From positions 1 to 64,000 of the forward strand of contig NIVC01002104.1 of assembly GCA_002269645.1 (NCBI GenBank): a stretch of 64,000 nucleotides of DNA. Reading direction: 5' to 3'. This DNA is from Macrostomum lignano. Its lineage: Eukaryota. A program made the translations under genes and the position numbers. Below the pieces are notes generated by a model. That model searched no databases and was not told the DNA's origin. It was given only the letters and a program-made list of their open reading frames with translations. This document shows positions 1 to 14,849 of this stretch, one piece after another; positions within the stretch are counted from its first letter, which is position 1, and every line of letters begins with the position of its first letter.

Positions 1-811
1 ATCTCGACCGTCCGGAGAGCTGGCGACTTGATTCTTGTTTTAGAAGGTGCAGAACAAAAAGTCACCCCATGCACCCAGCAAGAAAAGATTGTCAGATTAT
101 CTTAGCAAAAAGTGATTAAAACATAAAAATCAGAACGCTTTTTAACAATATTAATAATAATAATAAAACAAACTAAAATCCAGTCTGGAACACTCAAAAG
201 ATATTCCACAGTTATCGAATAATTTCAAAACGCAGAATCAGTTTAATAAAACAACAGGACGAAGTATTCAATATTAGTATATTTTGATTCCAGTCAATCA
301 CAGTTGCAGACTAAAATGAACTCATATGCCAAGTTTTGTCCGTTATGAATGAGTTACATAGAAGTTTGATTAGGTATTAAATATTAAAATGAGTGCGTGC
401 CTATTATTTAAAAAAATAGGCGGAGTGCACCAACCACGATTCGGCTTCCACTTTGCCTCAATTTGAGAGTGTCATGTTTTTCTTGAAAAGTCACAGGCTT
501 GCGTTAGCCAGAAAACAGAGTGATGATGTGTTCCAAAATTGAATCGAAGAAATGTTCTCTGCACTTTTCCCTGCAGAGCAGCAGTCCCGCTAACGACGGC
601 TAAATCAATTTGTCGGTCTCAGGAGGCTGGGACAAAGGAGATGGAGTCTGGCAAACTAATAAACTTCGTTCTTTAGCCTCCAGTCGCTGATTCTGTCTCT
701 TTACTTCAAATGAAATTCTCAATGGTATTGCTTTTAGTGAAATTCTGAGATCAAATGTTGAAGATAGCTCGTAGAAGTACTTTTATAAGTGCAGATCGGC
801 AGGACTGCAGC

Positions 812-2191
812 TTAGGAATAATCGTTACGATTGGCCAGCTCTTCGTGCACTGACCTCAGCGGACGCATCTCCGTGCTGTCTCCGCGGCCGCCCACCGCCG
901 CCAATCCCGCCAGTCCGCACTCCTGTCGCTTCCTGTTGAGGCCTCCGCGACAGGCGCACCGTTTCACCTCGCGCTTGAAAGCCTCCGAGAAGACAAAGAA
1001 GATAAAAAAATTCGCCAAAGTGTCCAGCGTCACCAGAGCGTTGAGTCCGGAGAAGATGAGGCGCGCCTTGCCCGGACTGGAGGCAGCGAAAGTGCGGGAA
1101 GAAGTGCATTAGAATGAAGTAGATGAATGTGGGCAGCTCCAGCACTGTGAAAGTGACGGCCAGAGCCAGCAGAATTCGGGTTGCCTTGCGTTTGCGACAG
1201 AGACCGCGACTGCGCGCGGGCTTGTGCGGCTGTCGCTGCTGCAGCTGCCGCTCGCGGTCGCGATGAATCACTGGACAGCCAGGTTGTTGTGCGAGGATCC
1301 GATCGAATTGGAGCAATCAGGTGCTTCTACAGCCGGTTGCGCTCCTGTCGCGCGTGTTGACGGAGAGGCCGTCGCCGAGGCGGCGTCGGAGGGCTCGCGG
1401 GCAGCCAGTAGGTGAGCGGCCAGGGCCACTGATAGCACTAGCACTGTGGGAACTGGCACTCCGGTCTGCATCACAAAGAAGAATATGATGAAGCTCTCAC
1501 ACGATGAAGCTGCCTGCGCGGACGAATTCGAAACTGCAAACGGCGTTGAGACGTGCTGGAAATACCTGTCGCTGAATTGGCCTTCTCAGCGGCGGCGGCA
1601 GCTGCAGCAGCAGCGACTGCGTGCGCAGTGCAAGTTTTCTCTTCGAGGTGGCGAACGATGCTGAAGGCGGCGGAGCCGGTGAGAATGGCAAAGAATGCAA
1701 CCAGCTGCCGCCGGCGGGTCAGCATCTCGGGCACGCGCAGGCGGGAACAGGATCACCACAAAGCGGACAATTGTTAGAAAAGTGACCCACCAGTTTCTGA
1801 GCAGCAGGCTTGTGTTACTTATCACGAACTGAGCTTCCATGAAGTATTGCAGTATGCGGCCCCTGTCGCTGCCAGCTCCGCCCTCGCCCTGTCCAGCGGT
1901 GTCATTTCCAGCATGCGCAATCAGTTGCTCGATGTTGACAACGTGCAGCACAGTTAGCGACATGGCCGTGAACAGGCCCGTGACGATCAGCAGCACCATG
2001 CCGCGGGCTCCGGCAGTTGCGTCCCGTCTGCGCAAGAAAATCCACAGGGTGAACACCAGGGACACCAGGGCCGCAACAGAGACGCACAGACTCAGCCCGT
2101 AGAAAGGCAACAGCAAAGCTCTGTACTGGCGCTCCTCCTCTGAATCCTCTTCGTCCGCAACCGGACTCAATGGGGGAGCTGGAGTACTCAT
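812..2191 (-). pseudogene. Rhodopsin-class (peptide-receptor-like) GPCR broken by about 4 frameshifts (pseudogene or sequencing indels)
   Basis: Seven TM segments can be stitched across ORFs 1586..2251, 1471..1734, 1268..1474, 825..1316 and 812..1033. TM1 FYGLSLCVSVAALVSLVFTLWIF; TM3 LRNWWVTFLTIVRFVVILFP; TM4 RRQLVAFFAILTGSAAFSIV; TM5 ESFIIFFFVMQTGVP; TM6 KATRILLALAVTFTVLELP; TM7 TLDTLANFFIFFVFSEAFKREV. Frame switches near 1741, 1585, 1270-1310 and 1090. Likely ATG 2191. Confidence 0.8.
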
Positions 2192-3261
2192 TGGGGCTTT
2201 TTGACGACGTTGTCGAGATTCTGTTAGACGAATGGAATGAATGGCTGGCAAGAGTTAACTCTACCGACTAAGTCTGCAGTCGCTAATATTTTCCTTTTCT
2301 CTCTCTCCTCTGACTCTTCCGTTCCAATTGCTTCCCGATATCGCGCCAAGTGACCCGCGGCTATTGGCTGTCAGGAGTGTGCGAGAGTTTGGGATGCGAG
2401 AAAGAGTGAGAGATACGCCACGGGCTACACGGTCATGGAATAGAAGGCTGCAAGGAGAGCGAGGCGGACAGGAGCGAGGATGCAATATCATTCACTCCGG
2501 TCGTGTCCTCCACTTCACTGCTTTGCGGCACAGGGGGTCCGTTTCAATCTCCGGAATCCTGGGCGCGTCACTCCTAGCTTCTCTGAGATTTTTTTCAAGC
2601 TGCTCTCACTCGCTGCTCTGGGGAGTCCCAGGCTCTTTCCGTTCCGCTTCAGTCACCCCGGCTCTTACGATCCGCGATCGCTTTCTCCCTTTCAGTCCTC
2701 TCTCACTCTCCAGCCGCGCTGCGATGCTAGCAATATGTGCTATCGCCGGGAATAGCATCGGGCGTTTTCGATATTTATCTACCAGTTTAATTGCCTCCAG
2801 CCTCTATGCTCAATTCTAGCTGGCGAATCCTCTCACTCTATCACTCTCACTCTCTCTCTCTCTCTATCCTATTTCGCACTCCGTTCCCAGGGGATTTCGC
2901 AGAGTAAATCGAAAACTCCAGCATCTACTATCGTCATCACAAGCGCTTGATTGTTGGTGTACATAGCTGGCCGCTCATCTGTGTTTTCGTAGCAACTGCT
3001 CGTATAATAACAAAACAGCCTCCCGCTATTTCGGTGTGGCACCTTGCTCATATTTGCGACAGCCAATCAATGCCTGCTCAGTGTTGTTCGCATAGACTCT
3101 CCCTGCATCGGAACAGAGATGAAAGGTTTATAATTGAAAATATAGAGCATAATTCATTTTTATCAGGCATTGGATAATGGGTAGTTTTTTGGCATGTGAC
3201 ACATTAGAGATAGAGTATTCCCTCCTCGGTTCATTGGAGGGTTGCAATACTACTTAACGCA

Positions 3262-3930
3262 GTCTGCTACCCTTCATCCTAGTCCGTTGGAGGCCTGCTG
3301 ACCTCTCTTTTGGTCTGTTGGAGGGCTGCTACCCTCTTTTTTGGTCTGTTGGAGGCCTGCTACCCTCTTTTTTTGGTCTGTTGGAGGCCTGCTACCCTCT
3401 TTTTTGGTCTGTTGGAGGCCTGCTACCCTCTTTTTTGGTCTGTTGGAGGCCTGCTACCCTCTTTTTTGGTCTGTTGGAGGCCTGCTACCCTCTTTTTTGG
3501 TCTGTTGGAGGGCTGCTACCCTCTCTTTTGGTCTGTTGGAGGCCTGCTACCCTCTTTTTTGGTCTGTTGGAGGGCTGCTACCCTCTCTTTTGGTCTGTTG
3601 GAGGCCTGCTACCCTCTCTTTTGGTCTGTTTGAGGCCTGCTACCCTCTCTTTTGGTCTGTTGGAGGCCTGCTACCCTCTCTTTTGGTCTGTTGGAGGCCT
3701 GCTACCCTTCTCCATGGTCCAATGGAGGCCTGCTACCCTTCTCCATGGTCCAATGGAGTTCTGCTACCCTTCTCCATGGTCCAATGGAGGGCGGCTACCC
3801 TTCTCCATGGTCCAATGGAGGGCTGCTACCCTTCTCCATGGTCCAATGGAGTTCTGCTACCCTTCTCCATGGTCCAATGGAGGGCTGCTACCCTTCTCCA
3901 TGGTCCAATGGAGGGCTGCTACCTTCACCC
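3262..3930. repeat. Two-phase minisatellite (~28-31 bp units)
   Basis: TTTTGGTCTGTTGGAGGCCTGCTACCCTCT units change at ~3705 into TCTCCATGGTCCAATGGAGGGCTGCTACCCT units sharing the GCTACCCT core. Confidence 0.95.
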
Positions 3931-4814
3931 CTGCTATCTCTCCCCAAAGTTCTTTTTTTATGTAAATATTCCAGTTCCTGTCCAGATTTTTAACGCAGCT
4001 CCATCAGCCTTCTGCGTTTTGAGGAATCGCTAAAAGCGTCAAAGCGTCAATTCAAATGCAACAGCAACTGCATTCTCAAGTGTACCGGCAACTAAAACAT
4101 TCTCCTTTGACACTCCAGTTGATCGCAAGGCGCCAGTATTTTCTAGGAAGTTTCTAATTTGCAAAATGCATCTCAAAACAAATTGGATCTCAACTCTCGG
4201 AATTAGATCAGCTCCCAACGCACTGGGAGTAGCTGATCCACTTCTCAGAGTGTCCAACAATCCCTGACCCTAACGCACGCGGATAGGAGAGAGAGAGAAG
4301 TTTTTCTTCTCTGATTATCTTTGTTCTGTAAGTCCATACTTCTGCCTCCCCGCCCTCTCAAAGTCTTCCAGCCCACAGGAAAAGGTTGTTTCCTCTCCCC
4401 CAGCCGTGAAATTTGCATGAGGCAGATGCTCAGAAGCGTCGACCAAATGCAGGATTGTAAATCATCACTCAAGAGACAGCCGCTAATCTAGGACTTGACG
4501 ATTTCGCTGGAACAGCTGCGACCCAGAGGGTTGGCGAAACAGTATCTCTGTCATATTTATTCATTTATTCATTCAGCAGAAAGAAAATGGACTAATTCTA
4601 CAGATATTTCAGATATCTTATCCCATGGGATCCAGTAGAGTTTGCAGAAAAAATGGTTTAAGCAAACCAACAAAGTTCTAAAGCAGAAGATGCGAATTCA
4701 ACCATGGGGCCAGAGCATGAGCCCCGAATCATGCTGGCCTTAAGCTGAAGGTGAACTTCTTCATTTAGCAGTTTCGAAATTTGATTGATTTTGTCTATGG
4801 TTAAACTTCATGGT

Positions 4815-5100
4815 TTAATATAATATATAATAATAATTGATTACAACTACCCTAATAGGCAGGTGTGCAGCCGAAATCTGAAGGCTGCGTACGGCTGTTC
4901 AGTCCAAGGACTGGGGGGTCGCCACACACACCCTCAATTACCCCAGCTAATGCTGGCACCCATTTTACAGCTGGTAAACTGAAGCAATGCAGAGTCAAGT
5001 GTCTTGCTCAAGGACACAAATTGTTCGAGTGGGTCGAAAATCGAACCCCCGACCTTCCAGTGGTGAGTCCGACGCTCTAACCACTAGGCTACAACCGCCT
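4815..5100 (-). mobile_element. tRNA-derived SINE with CORE-like central domain
   Basis: Minus strand begins AGGCGGTTGTAGCCTAGTGGTTAGAGCG (A box) and has GGGTTCGATT (B box). Plus-strand CCCATTTTACAGCTGGTAAACTGAAGC...GTCTTGCTCAAGGACACA resembles the MIR/CORE domain as remembered. AT-rich (TTA)n-like tail at ~4815-4840. Confidence 0.65.
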
Positions 5101-5849
5101 TAAAATGGTCTATGTTCTATGACCAAATCCATGAATCAAATATGGATGAGATTCTCGATTCTGATGAGGCGCCTGCATCATTAAATTTCAGTGCTCGCAG
5201 AAACTGGGCCGCAAAAATATTGCTTATGTCAAATTGAGCAGTGATTTGGTCTTGCCCATAGACATAGACATATACGGAAACGGAAACCAATTTGAGCATT
5301 TGGCCATAGACATCGGTACAAAGAATGCCAGCAGCAGCCTCTCTCATAGAAGTTGGCTTCTGTTTAATGATGTCGTGAGTTGACAGTCGGTTCTATCAAA
5401 TGAATTTCACATCCGTGATGATTGACTTGGATTGCACAGCTGTAGTGAACATGCTATAATTCAACGACTTCAGCAGGGTCTTCAGTAAGGACTTAAGTAA
5501 AAACTCAAAAACTTCAAAAAGGATTTAAGAAGCTTAAAAATCCGACCATTAACTCTTGAAACTTGATTTTTCTTTTCAATGATTTTACATGCAAAAAATC
5601 ATAAATTTTTGCTTCATTGAAATTAATTTAGATACTCAACAAAGCAGCCGCACTCAGGTAAAAATACCTAATTATACTTTCTTTGTTGCCTTTGAACTCG
5701 CTGCACTGCTTTTGAGCACCATTAATGAGTCCAACTGGCAAGAGATTATAAAGTCAAAAAACTGTTCGAATCTTATGCCCGGGATTGCCAAAAATCGGTT
5801 ACTGAACAGGAAATATATTGGACTGAATATCAGTATAACAGTACATAAA

Positions 5850-7813
<1,964 letters not shown>

Positions 7814-8209
7814 CGATCTACGTATTTCTCTTTCTGTCTGTTTGAGTCGGCAGTAATACAAAAAGAACAAAGGGCTGCTACATTTTTTAATTGCTGCAGT
7901 GAAAAGCAAAAACGTCTGGGTGAATGGAAAGCGGATTCCGCGGCAGTCGCTTGTTTGACATCCGGAATCAGGCACAAAAGCAAGAGGCCCAAGCGAGTTC
8001 AGTAGGTAATGATGAAGGTCAGGAAAGCAGAGGCAGAATTTTTGGCTGCCTTTTTTAACAAATGTTTTGATCAGTGGAAATGAAAAATGCTTCAACTTTT
8101 GGCAGGTAATAGGGGTACAGCACTAACCAGCTTTGGAAAAATAGCATAGTTTTCCGGATTGCAGAACTAAGAGTGGGAATGTCTGTCCTACTGTGTACTC
8201 TCCTACACA

Positions 8210-9905
8210 CAGAATCATTCAGTGATAATCACACATAGAACACACAGAATCATTCAGTGATAATCACACATAGAACACACATAATCATTCAGTGATAATC
8301 ATACATAGAACACACAGAAATCATGCAGTGATAATCACACATAGAACACACATAATCATGCAGTGATAATCACACATAGAACACACATAATCATGCAGTG
8401 ATAATCACACATAGAACACACATAATCATGCAGTGATAATCACACATAGAACACACATAATCATGCAGTGATAATCACACATAGAACACACATAATCATG
8501 CAGTGATAATCGTACATAGAACACACATAATCATGCAGTGATAATCACACATAGAACACACATAATCATGCAGTGATAATCACACATAGAACACACATAA
8601 TCATGCAGTGATAATCGTACATAGAACACACATAATCATGCAGTGATAATCACACATAGAACACACATAATCATGCAGTGATAATCACACATAGAACACA
8701 CATAATCATGCAGTGATAATCACACATAGAACACACATAATCATGCAGTGATAATCACACATAGAACACACATAATCATGCAGTGATAATCGTACATAGA
8801 ACACACATAATCATGCAGTGATAATCACACATAGAACACACATAATCATGCAGTGATAATCACACATAGAACACACATAATCATGCAGTGATAATCGTAC
8901 ATAGAACACACATAATCATGCAGTGATAATCACACATAGAACACACATAATCATGCAGTGATAATCACACATAGAACACACATAATCATTCAGTGATAAT
9001 CACACATAGAACACACATAATCATGCAGTGATAATCACACATAGAACACACATAATCATGCAGTGATAATCACACATAGAACACACATAATCATGCAGTG
9101 ATAATCACACATAGAACACACAGAATCATGCAGTGATAATCACACATAGAACACACATAATCATGCAGTGATAATCACACATAGAACACACATAATCATG
9201 CAGTGATAATCACACATAGAACACACAGAATCATGCAGTGATAATCACACATAGAACACACATAATCATGCAGTGATAATCACACATAGAACACACATAA
9301 TCATGCAGTGATAATCACACATAGAACACACATAATCATGCAGTGATAATCACACATAGAACACACAGAATCATGCAATCATAATCACACATAGAACACA
9401 CATAATCATGCAGTGATAATCACACATAGAACACACAGAATCATGCAGTGATAATCACACATAGAACACACAATCATGCAGTGATAATCACACATAGAAC
9501 ACACAGAATCATGCAGTGATAATCACACATAGAACACACAGAATCATTCAGTGATAATCACACATAGAACACACATAATCATGCAGTGATAATCACACAT
9601 AGAACACACATAATCATGCAGTGATAATCACACATAGAACACACAGAATCATGCAATCATAATCACACATAGAACACACATAATCATGCAGTGATAATCA
9701 CACATAGAACACACAGAATCATGCAGTGATAATCACACATAGAACACACATAATCATGCAGTGATAATCACACATAGAACACACAGAATCATGCAGTGAT
9801 AATCACACATAGAACACACAGAATCATGCAGTGATAATCGTACATAGAACACACATAATCATGCAGTGATAATCACACATAGAACACACAGAATCATGCA
9901 GAGAT
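8210..9905. repeat. 35-bp minisatellite
   Basis: Unit AATCATGCAGTGATAATCACACATAGAACACACAT, period 35. Confidence 0.97.
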
Positions 9906-10754
9906 AAGAGAATCATGCATTTTTAATCACATAGGCAAATCCCGGTAAATTTTCGTGCTCAACACTCAAATTAATTTGCAGCGCTCGGAATTGAACCAGA
10001 GGTCGCGGCCTGAGATTTTGCCGTTCATGTTCATTATTACACAAACATGTAATAATTAGTCAATAATATTTCTTGCAATCAATTTTTTCTTTACAAACTC
10101 CAAGAGAAGCCATTAGCGAGAAAAAATGAACTTTCATTTACAATTCGGAGCTGCCCAGCGACTAAGCAAAATGAAATAAAAGTAAAAAAGTTCAGTTAAG
10201 AGCAATTAGCAGCTCACTGGCTATTCAGAGTCGGGTAGACTCTTGCCTAATGAAAACATCCTAATCATATAGAATATCTGGCCCCAAGGCTTCCCCCTGC
10301 TCAAACTAGTTTGATTTATTCAGAGTGAGAGAGAAAGCACTATTCCCGGGACACGCTTGGTAGGGAATTAAGTTCGCAGTTCTGGGGGGGAGAACCGGAT
10401 GACCTGGAGGGGCTGCTGCTCTGTGAGAGGCATTCCTGACAGTTGCTTAATCCTTCTCTTCTTGCTGACAGAAACTCGGAGGGATGAACTCAAAAAATTC
10501 GATTTCGCATCGAGGTCAGAAATTCAAGGTCTTCTTTTCATAAAAAATCGAAAAATGAAGATTATAGAAATACCCGGATAAGCTGTGCCATCCTGAGCGA
10601 AGTCGCTGAGTCCGGTGTGTTTTTACTTTTGGTGAGTTTATATTTTTCAATTTCGATATTGAAGCTTTGCTAGCTAGCTGGATTCAAAAATTGTCGAGGC
10701 ACGAATCTTTTGGACTTGAGTAGGAGGGTTTGGACAGCTGGAGTTCACCTAGGA

Positions 10755-11665
10755 GGGGTTGGGGCAGGGAGGGAGGCGGCTGCGGTTTAATTAGGAGGGC
10801 TTGGACAGGGAGACAGAGGCAGCTGCGGTTTAATTAGGAGGGGTTGGGGCAGGGGGGGAGGCGGCTGCGGTTTAATTGGGAGGGGTTGGGGCAGGGAGGG
10901 AGGCGGCTGCGGTTTAATTAGGAGGGGTTGGGGCAGGGAGGGAGGCAGCTGCGGTTTAATTGGGAGGGCTTGGACAGGGAGACAGAGGCAGCTGCGGTTT
11001 AATTAGGAGGGGTTGGGGCAGGGAGGGAGGCAGCTGCGGTTTAATTAGGAGGGGTTGGGGCAGGGAGGGAGGCGGCTGCGGTTTAATTAGGAGGGGTTGG
11101 GGCAGGGAGGAAGGAAGCTGCGGTTTAATTGGGAGGGCTTGGACAGGGAGACAGAGGCAGCTGCGGTTTAATTAGGAGGGGTTGGGGCAGGGAGGGAGGC
11201 GGCTGCGGTTTAATTAGGAGGGGTTGGGGCAGGGAGGGAGGCGGCTGCGGTTTAATTGGGAGGGCTTGGACAGGGAGACAGAGGCAGCTGCAGTTTAATT
11301 GGGAGGGCTTGGACAGGGAGACAGAGGCAGCTGCGGTTTAATTGGGAGGGCTTGGACAGGGAGACAAAGGCAGCTGCGGTTTAATTGGGAGGGCTTGGAC
11401 AGGGAGACAGAGGCAGCTGCGGTTTAATGAGGAGGGGTTGGGGCAGGGAGACAGAGGCAGCTGCGGTTTAATTAGGAGGGGTTGGGGCAGGGAGGGAGGC
11501 AGCTGCGGTTTAATTAGGAGGGGTTGGGGCAGGGAGGGAGGCAGCTGCGGTTTAATTAGGAGGGGTTGGGGCAGGGAGACAGAGGCAGCTGCGGTTTAAT
11601 TAGGAGGGGTTGGGGCAGGGAGGGAGGCAGCTGCGGTTTAATTAGGAGGGGTTGGGGCAGGGAGG
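10755..11665. repeat. 39-bp G-rich minisatellite with two alternating variants
   Basis: GCAGCTGCGGTTTAATT core followed by either AGGAGGGGTTGGGGCAGGGAGGGAG or GGGAGGGCTTGGACAGGGAGACAGAG. Confidence 0.95.
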
Positions 11666-11790
11666 GTGAAAGGCAGGTGGGGTTTTGGAGAGGATAGTGA
11701 GACATCTTGAGGAGTACATAAGGGGGGCAGTAAGGGATCGAGGGAAGAATGTATCAATGAGTAATTGCTGTTTATTGCTATGAGCCAGTG

Positions 11791-12801
11791 CTAGAACTCG
11801 GTGTCCACCGTCTCAGGTCCTACTGTGGCGGCTGAAGCTGTTTTTAGCAGGCGCCCGCCGCAGGTGAGCACGCGGCGCATTCGAATTCGCAGTCTGCGCA
11901 CGCCAGCTAAGTAGACTGGCGCGTTGGCGCACGAGTTGACGGTCACCAGGAAGCTGCTAGCGACCTGCAGCGGCGAGTTGAGCTCGTATTGAATGCCGGG
12001 CGCCAGCGAGCCGATGAGGTAGTAGAACGAATCCAGTGCGAATGTCGTCCCGAATAGCAATGTCGCCACCACGGCAGTTCTGGTGAGTTCCATGGCCGAC
12101 CGACCGCTAGGCGTGGCCCTGACCGCGGCCACCACTCGAGCTTGCATAGTTGTCATGGCAACCATCGGGCCAAGGTAGACGCCGATAAACCAGAGCAGCG
12201 AGTGGCCCATGAGCAGGCTGTCCATGGTGGCGGACCGGATGGCCGGCTCGCCGGGCCTGCAGGCGCCGATGTCGAAGTCGTAGCGGACGTAGAAAGCGGT
12301 GGGCAGGGCGAAGACCACGGCGGCCAGGTAGATGGCGACCATCTGGCCGGCCAGGCCGCAGCGGGCCGCCGCCCTGGATCGGTAGCTGATGGGCCTGACC
12401 ACCGCGGAGAATCTCTCCCAGTTGATAAGCAGCAGGTTGCCAACTCCCACAGCCACAATGGCCCAATAGACGGTCTGCGTGTGCCACAGGTAGCACAGGG
12501 CCGGGCCGCCCTGGTCAAGCAGGTCGGGCAGCCAGCCGGGCGTGTACAGCAGGCAAAGGAGGCACACGATCGAGTCGACGCCGAACTGGTGCGCTAGCAG
12601 ACGGCCAGCCACCCGATTTGAAGCTCCACCGAAGCGACCGCCGCCCGGCAGCAGTGTGGCGGCCAGGCAGAGCCAGTTCAAAGCCAGACCAACGGCTAGG
12701 AGCAGAGCTCGACAGGCCAACAGAAAGGTTTCTACTGGACTGGAAGCAACAACTTGCTGGCTGTTGACCGTTTCGTTCGTCGCATTGTCTCGAAGCTCCA
12801 T
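11791..12801 (-). CDS. Intronless class A GPCR, 336 aa (orphan, peptide-receptor-like)
   Basis: Intact ORF with N-terminal glycosylation sites (NAT, NET), seven hydrophobic segments, ECL1-TM3 Cys (LCYLW), a WERF DRY-like motif, ECL2 Cys and TM7 NSCANAPVY. Confidence 0.92.
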   Translation of the reverse strand: MELRDNATNETVNSQQVVASSPVETFLLACRALLLAVGLALNWLCLAATLLPGGGRFGGASNRVAGRLLAHQFGVDSIVCLLCLLYTPGWLPDLLDQGGPALCYLWHTQTVYWAIVAVGVGNLLLINWERFSAVVRPISYRSRAAARCGLAGQMVAIYLAAVVFALPTAFYVRYDFDIGACRPGEPAIRSATMDSLLMGHSLLWFIGVYLGPMVAMTTMQARVVAAVRATPSGRSAMELTRTAVVATLLFGTTFALDSFYYLIGSLAPGIQYELNSPLQVASSFLVTVNSCANAPVYLAGVRRLRIRMRRVLTCGGRLLKTASAATVGPETVDTEF

Positions 12802-13010
12802 CGTTCATCAGAGTCTGCTTACTCTCACGCACAATTTTCTTTCAAACCGCTCACTTTTTTACTATCAAATTCAGGGCAGAATTAGTCGGGTCGTGCGCTG
12901 TTTCTCAATCAGTTGCCATGGTTAACAAACTGGAGGCAAACAGATTTTTTGAATGCATTTTATTTGTTCCTCTCTGGTCCTCGGTACAGACAGGCCCAGC
13001 AGGGAAGGAA

Positions 13011-13048
13011 ATGAGCTGTATGTCTTCCAAGCTCAACCCAGCCTCCTG
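13011..13048 (+). CDS. Candidate first coding exon of the BBOX1-like gene (MSCMSSKLNPAS)
   Basis: ATG 13011 and strong donor TG|GTAAGT at 13049. Phase 2 matches the acceptor at 15531/15532. An acceptor AG with a pyrimidine tract lies upstream at 12988-12989. Confidence 0.5.
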
Positions 13049-13184
13049 GTAAGTCTTCTTCAGCCAGGTCATTTAGCTGGCACGTTCGTTTGTTGAGTTA
13101 GCAAATGCAAAATTTATGCAGAAAGTCATCATATCAGTGTAAGACTTGTCTATTTTTAATCTAGCTAGTGTAATACTCAGACGG

Positions 13185-13437
13185 CATCAACCTGTCTCCT
13201 CAGACAGCATCAACCTGTCTCCTCAGACAGCATCAACCTGTCTCCTCAGAAAGCATCAACCTGTCTCCTCAGACAGCATCAACCTGTCTCCTCAGACAGC
13301 ATCAACCTGTCTCCTCAGACAGCATCAACCTGTCTCCTCAGAAAGCATCAACCTGTCTCCTCAGAAAGCACCAACCTGTCTCCTCAGACAGCATCAACCT
13401 GTCTCCTCAGACAGCATCAACCTGTCTCCTCAGACAG
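13185..13437. repeat. 23-bp minisatellite
   Basis: Unit CAGACAGCATCAACCTGTCTCCT. Confidence 0.95.
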
Positions 13438-14020
13438 TGTCAACTGTCATGATGCTATTCACGTCCATGAAGGCCAACCTCAAAAGACAAATATGATGAG
13501 AAGGTCGGTGCCGCTATAAGAGCTATACTCTGTGTGAGCGTGCGTCCGTGTGCCAGCCAACCAGCCAACAGAAACATATGGATTCAGCTGGCCTAAGTTC
13601 ATAGCTATCAGTGTACAGCACAACTCGCACTGCTTTGCTTATATGTACACCTTTCTATAGTTAGATAGAGAAATATCAAGTGTACGATCGTAAAACAGAA
13701 ACAGCCTTGCACTGCACAATTTGAACTCCGTTCGCACTTTCAAAGGCTGCACTGCGCAAGCAAATTTTAAATATTCAGGTGCGAGGCCAGATAAATAAGA
13801 TAACTTGCACAGGCAGACACACCTAACAAGTGCAACTAAAAAAATATTGTCAGACTTTTCTACGCAAAGAAATAAAATGCATTGCTTGCATTCAACAACG
13901 CTAAAGTCGGCCTTCTCCAGACTGAAGCTTCTACCTGGAAGGTGGTGCCATCGTTTATTCAGTAGAAGGTGAATTAATTTATTATGTATGATTGACTTCT
14001 GATTGAAGCCACATCCAAGC

Positions 14021-14335
14021 CTCCATCCCAGACCCCATCCCAGACCCCATCCCAGACCCCATCCCAGACCCCATCCCTGACCCCATCCCTGACCCCATCC
14101 CTGACCCCATCCCAGACTCCATCCCAGACCCCATCCCAGACTCCATCCCAGACCCCATCCCAGACCCCATCCCAGACCCCATCCCAGACTCCATCCCAGA
14201 CCCCATCCCAGACCCCATCGCAGACCCCATCCCAGACCCCATCGCAGACCCCATCCCAGACCCCATCCCAGACCCCATCCCTGACCCCATCCCAGACTCC
14301 ATCCCAGACCCCATCCCAGACTCCATCCCTGACCC
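14021..14335. repeat. 12-bp minisatellite
   Basis: Unit CCCAGACCCCAT. Confidence 0.95.
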
Positions 14336-14849
14336 AATTCCAAACCTCAATACTGATTCCATTTCAGATTTAATCCCAATTCCACATTCCAGAATCCTTT
14401 TCCATCAATGATTTTCCAAAATCCTCGGCCACACTAAAGATTCCAACCCCCTAGTCTGTTCCCTACGGCGGCTATTCCATCAATTCTTAGCTCTGCCAAT
14501 CCTTGGTTTCCTATTTCCTATTCCCTGGCATCAGGTTAGGGTGCGCTATTCACGCATCAGGTCATTAGTACATGGCAGACCCCAGCACTATAGGTGAGAT
14601 TAGCAAAGCAATAATCAACTGGCCAGCGCGCCCCCCCAGGCCACCTGATTTCTGCGGGCTGCAGATAGACTGAACGATTTATGAAAAATAAATATGGCAG
14701 CAGCCATTCCAGCTAGACCGAGACGGGACACGGCTGCAGAAGCCTTCGCGATGAGAGGTCTACTTGCTTATCAGCCATTCTCTGATAAGTTAATAGCTGA
14801 ATAAATTTATAAACTATAATCAAGCATCTTTACTGTGCCGATCTCCCCA

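Noticed and set aside
8210-9905. CRISPR-like appearance of 35-bp and other regular arrays
   Set aside because: Units are contiguous with no unique spacers, there are no cas genes, and the context is eukaryotic.
9960-10035. tRNA-like sequence on the minus strand (GGTTCAATTCC B-box)
   Set aside because: A-box and cloverleaf stems are too degenerate; at most a decayed SINE head or pseudo-tRNA.
12107-12925. Overlapping ORFs around the GPCR, and antisense ORFs over the mariner, HtrA2, MESD, YR and peptide genes
   Set aside because: Shadow ORFs of GC-rich coding sequence.
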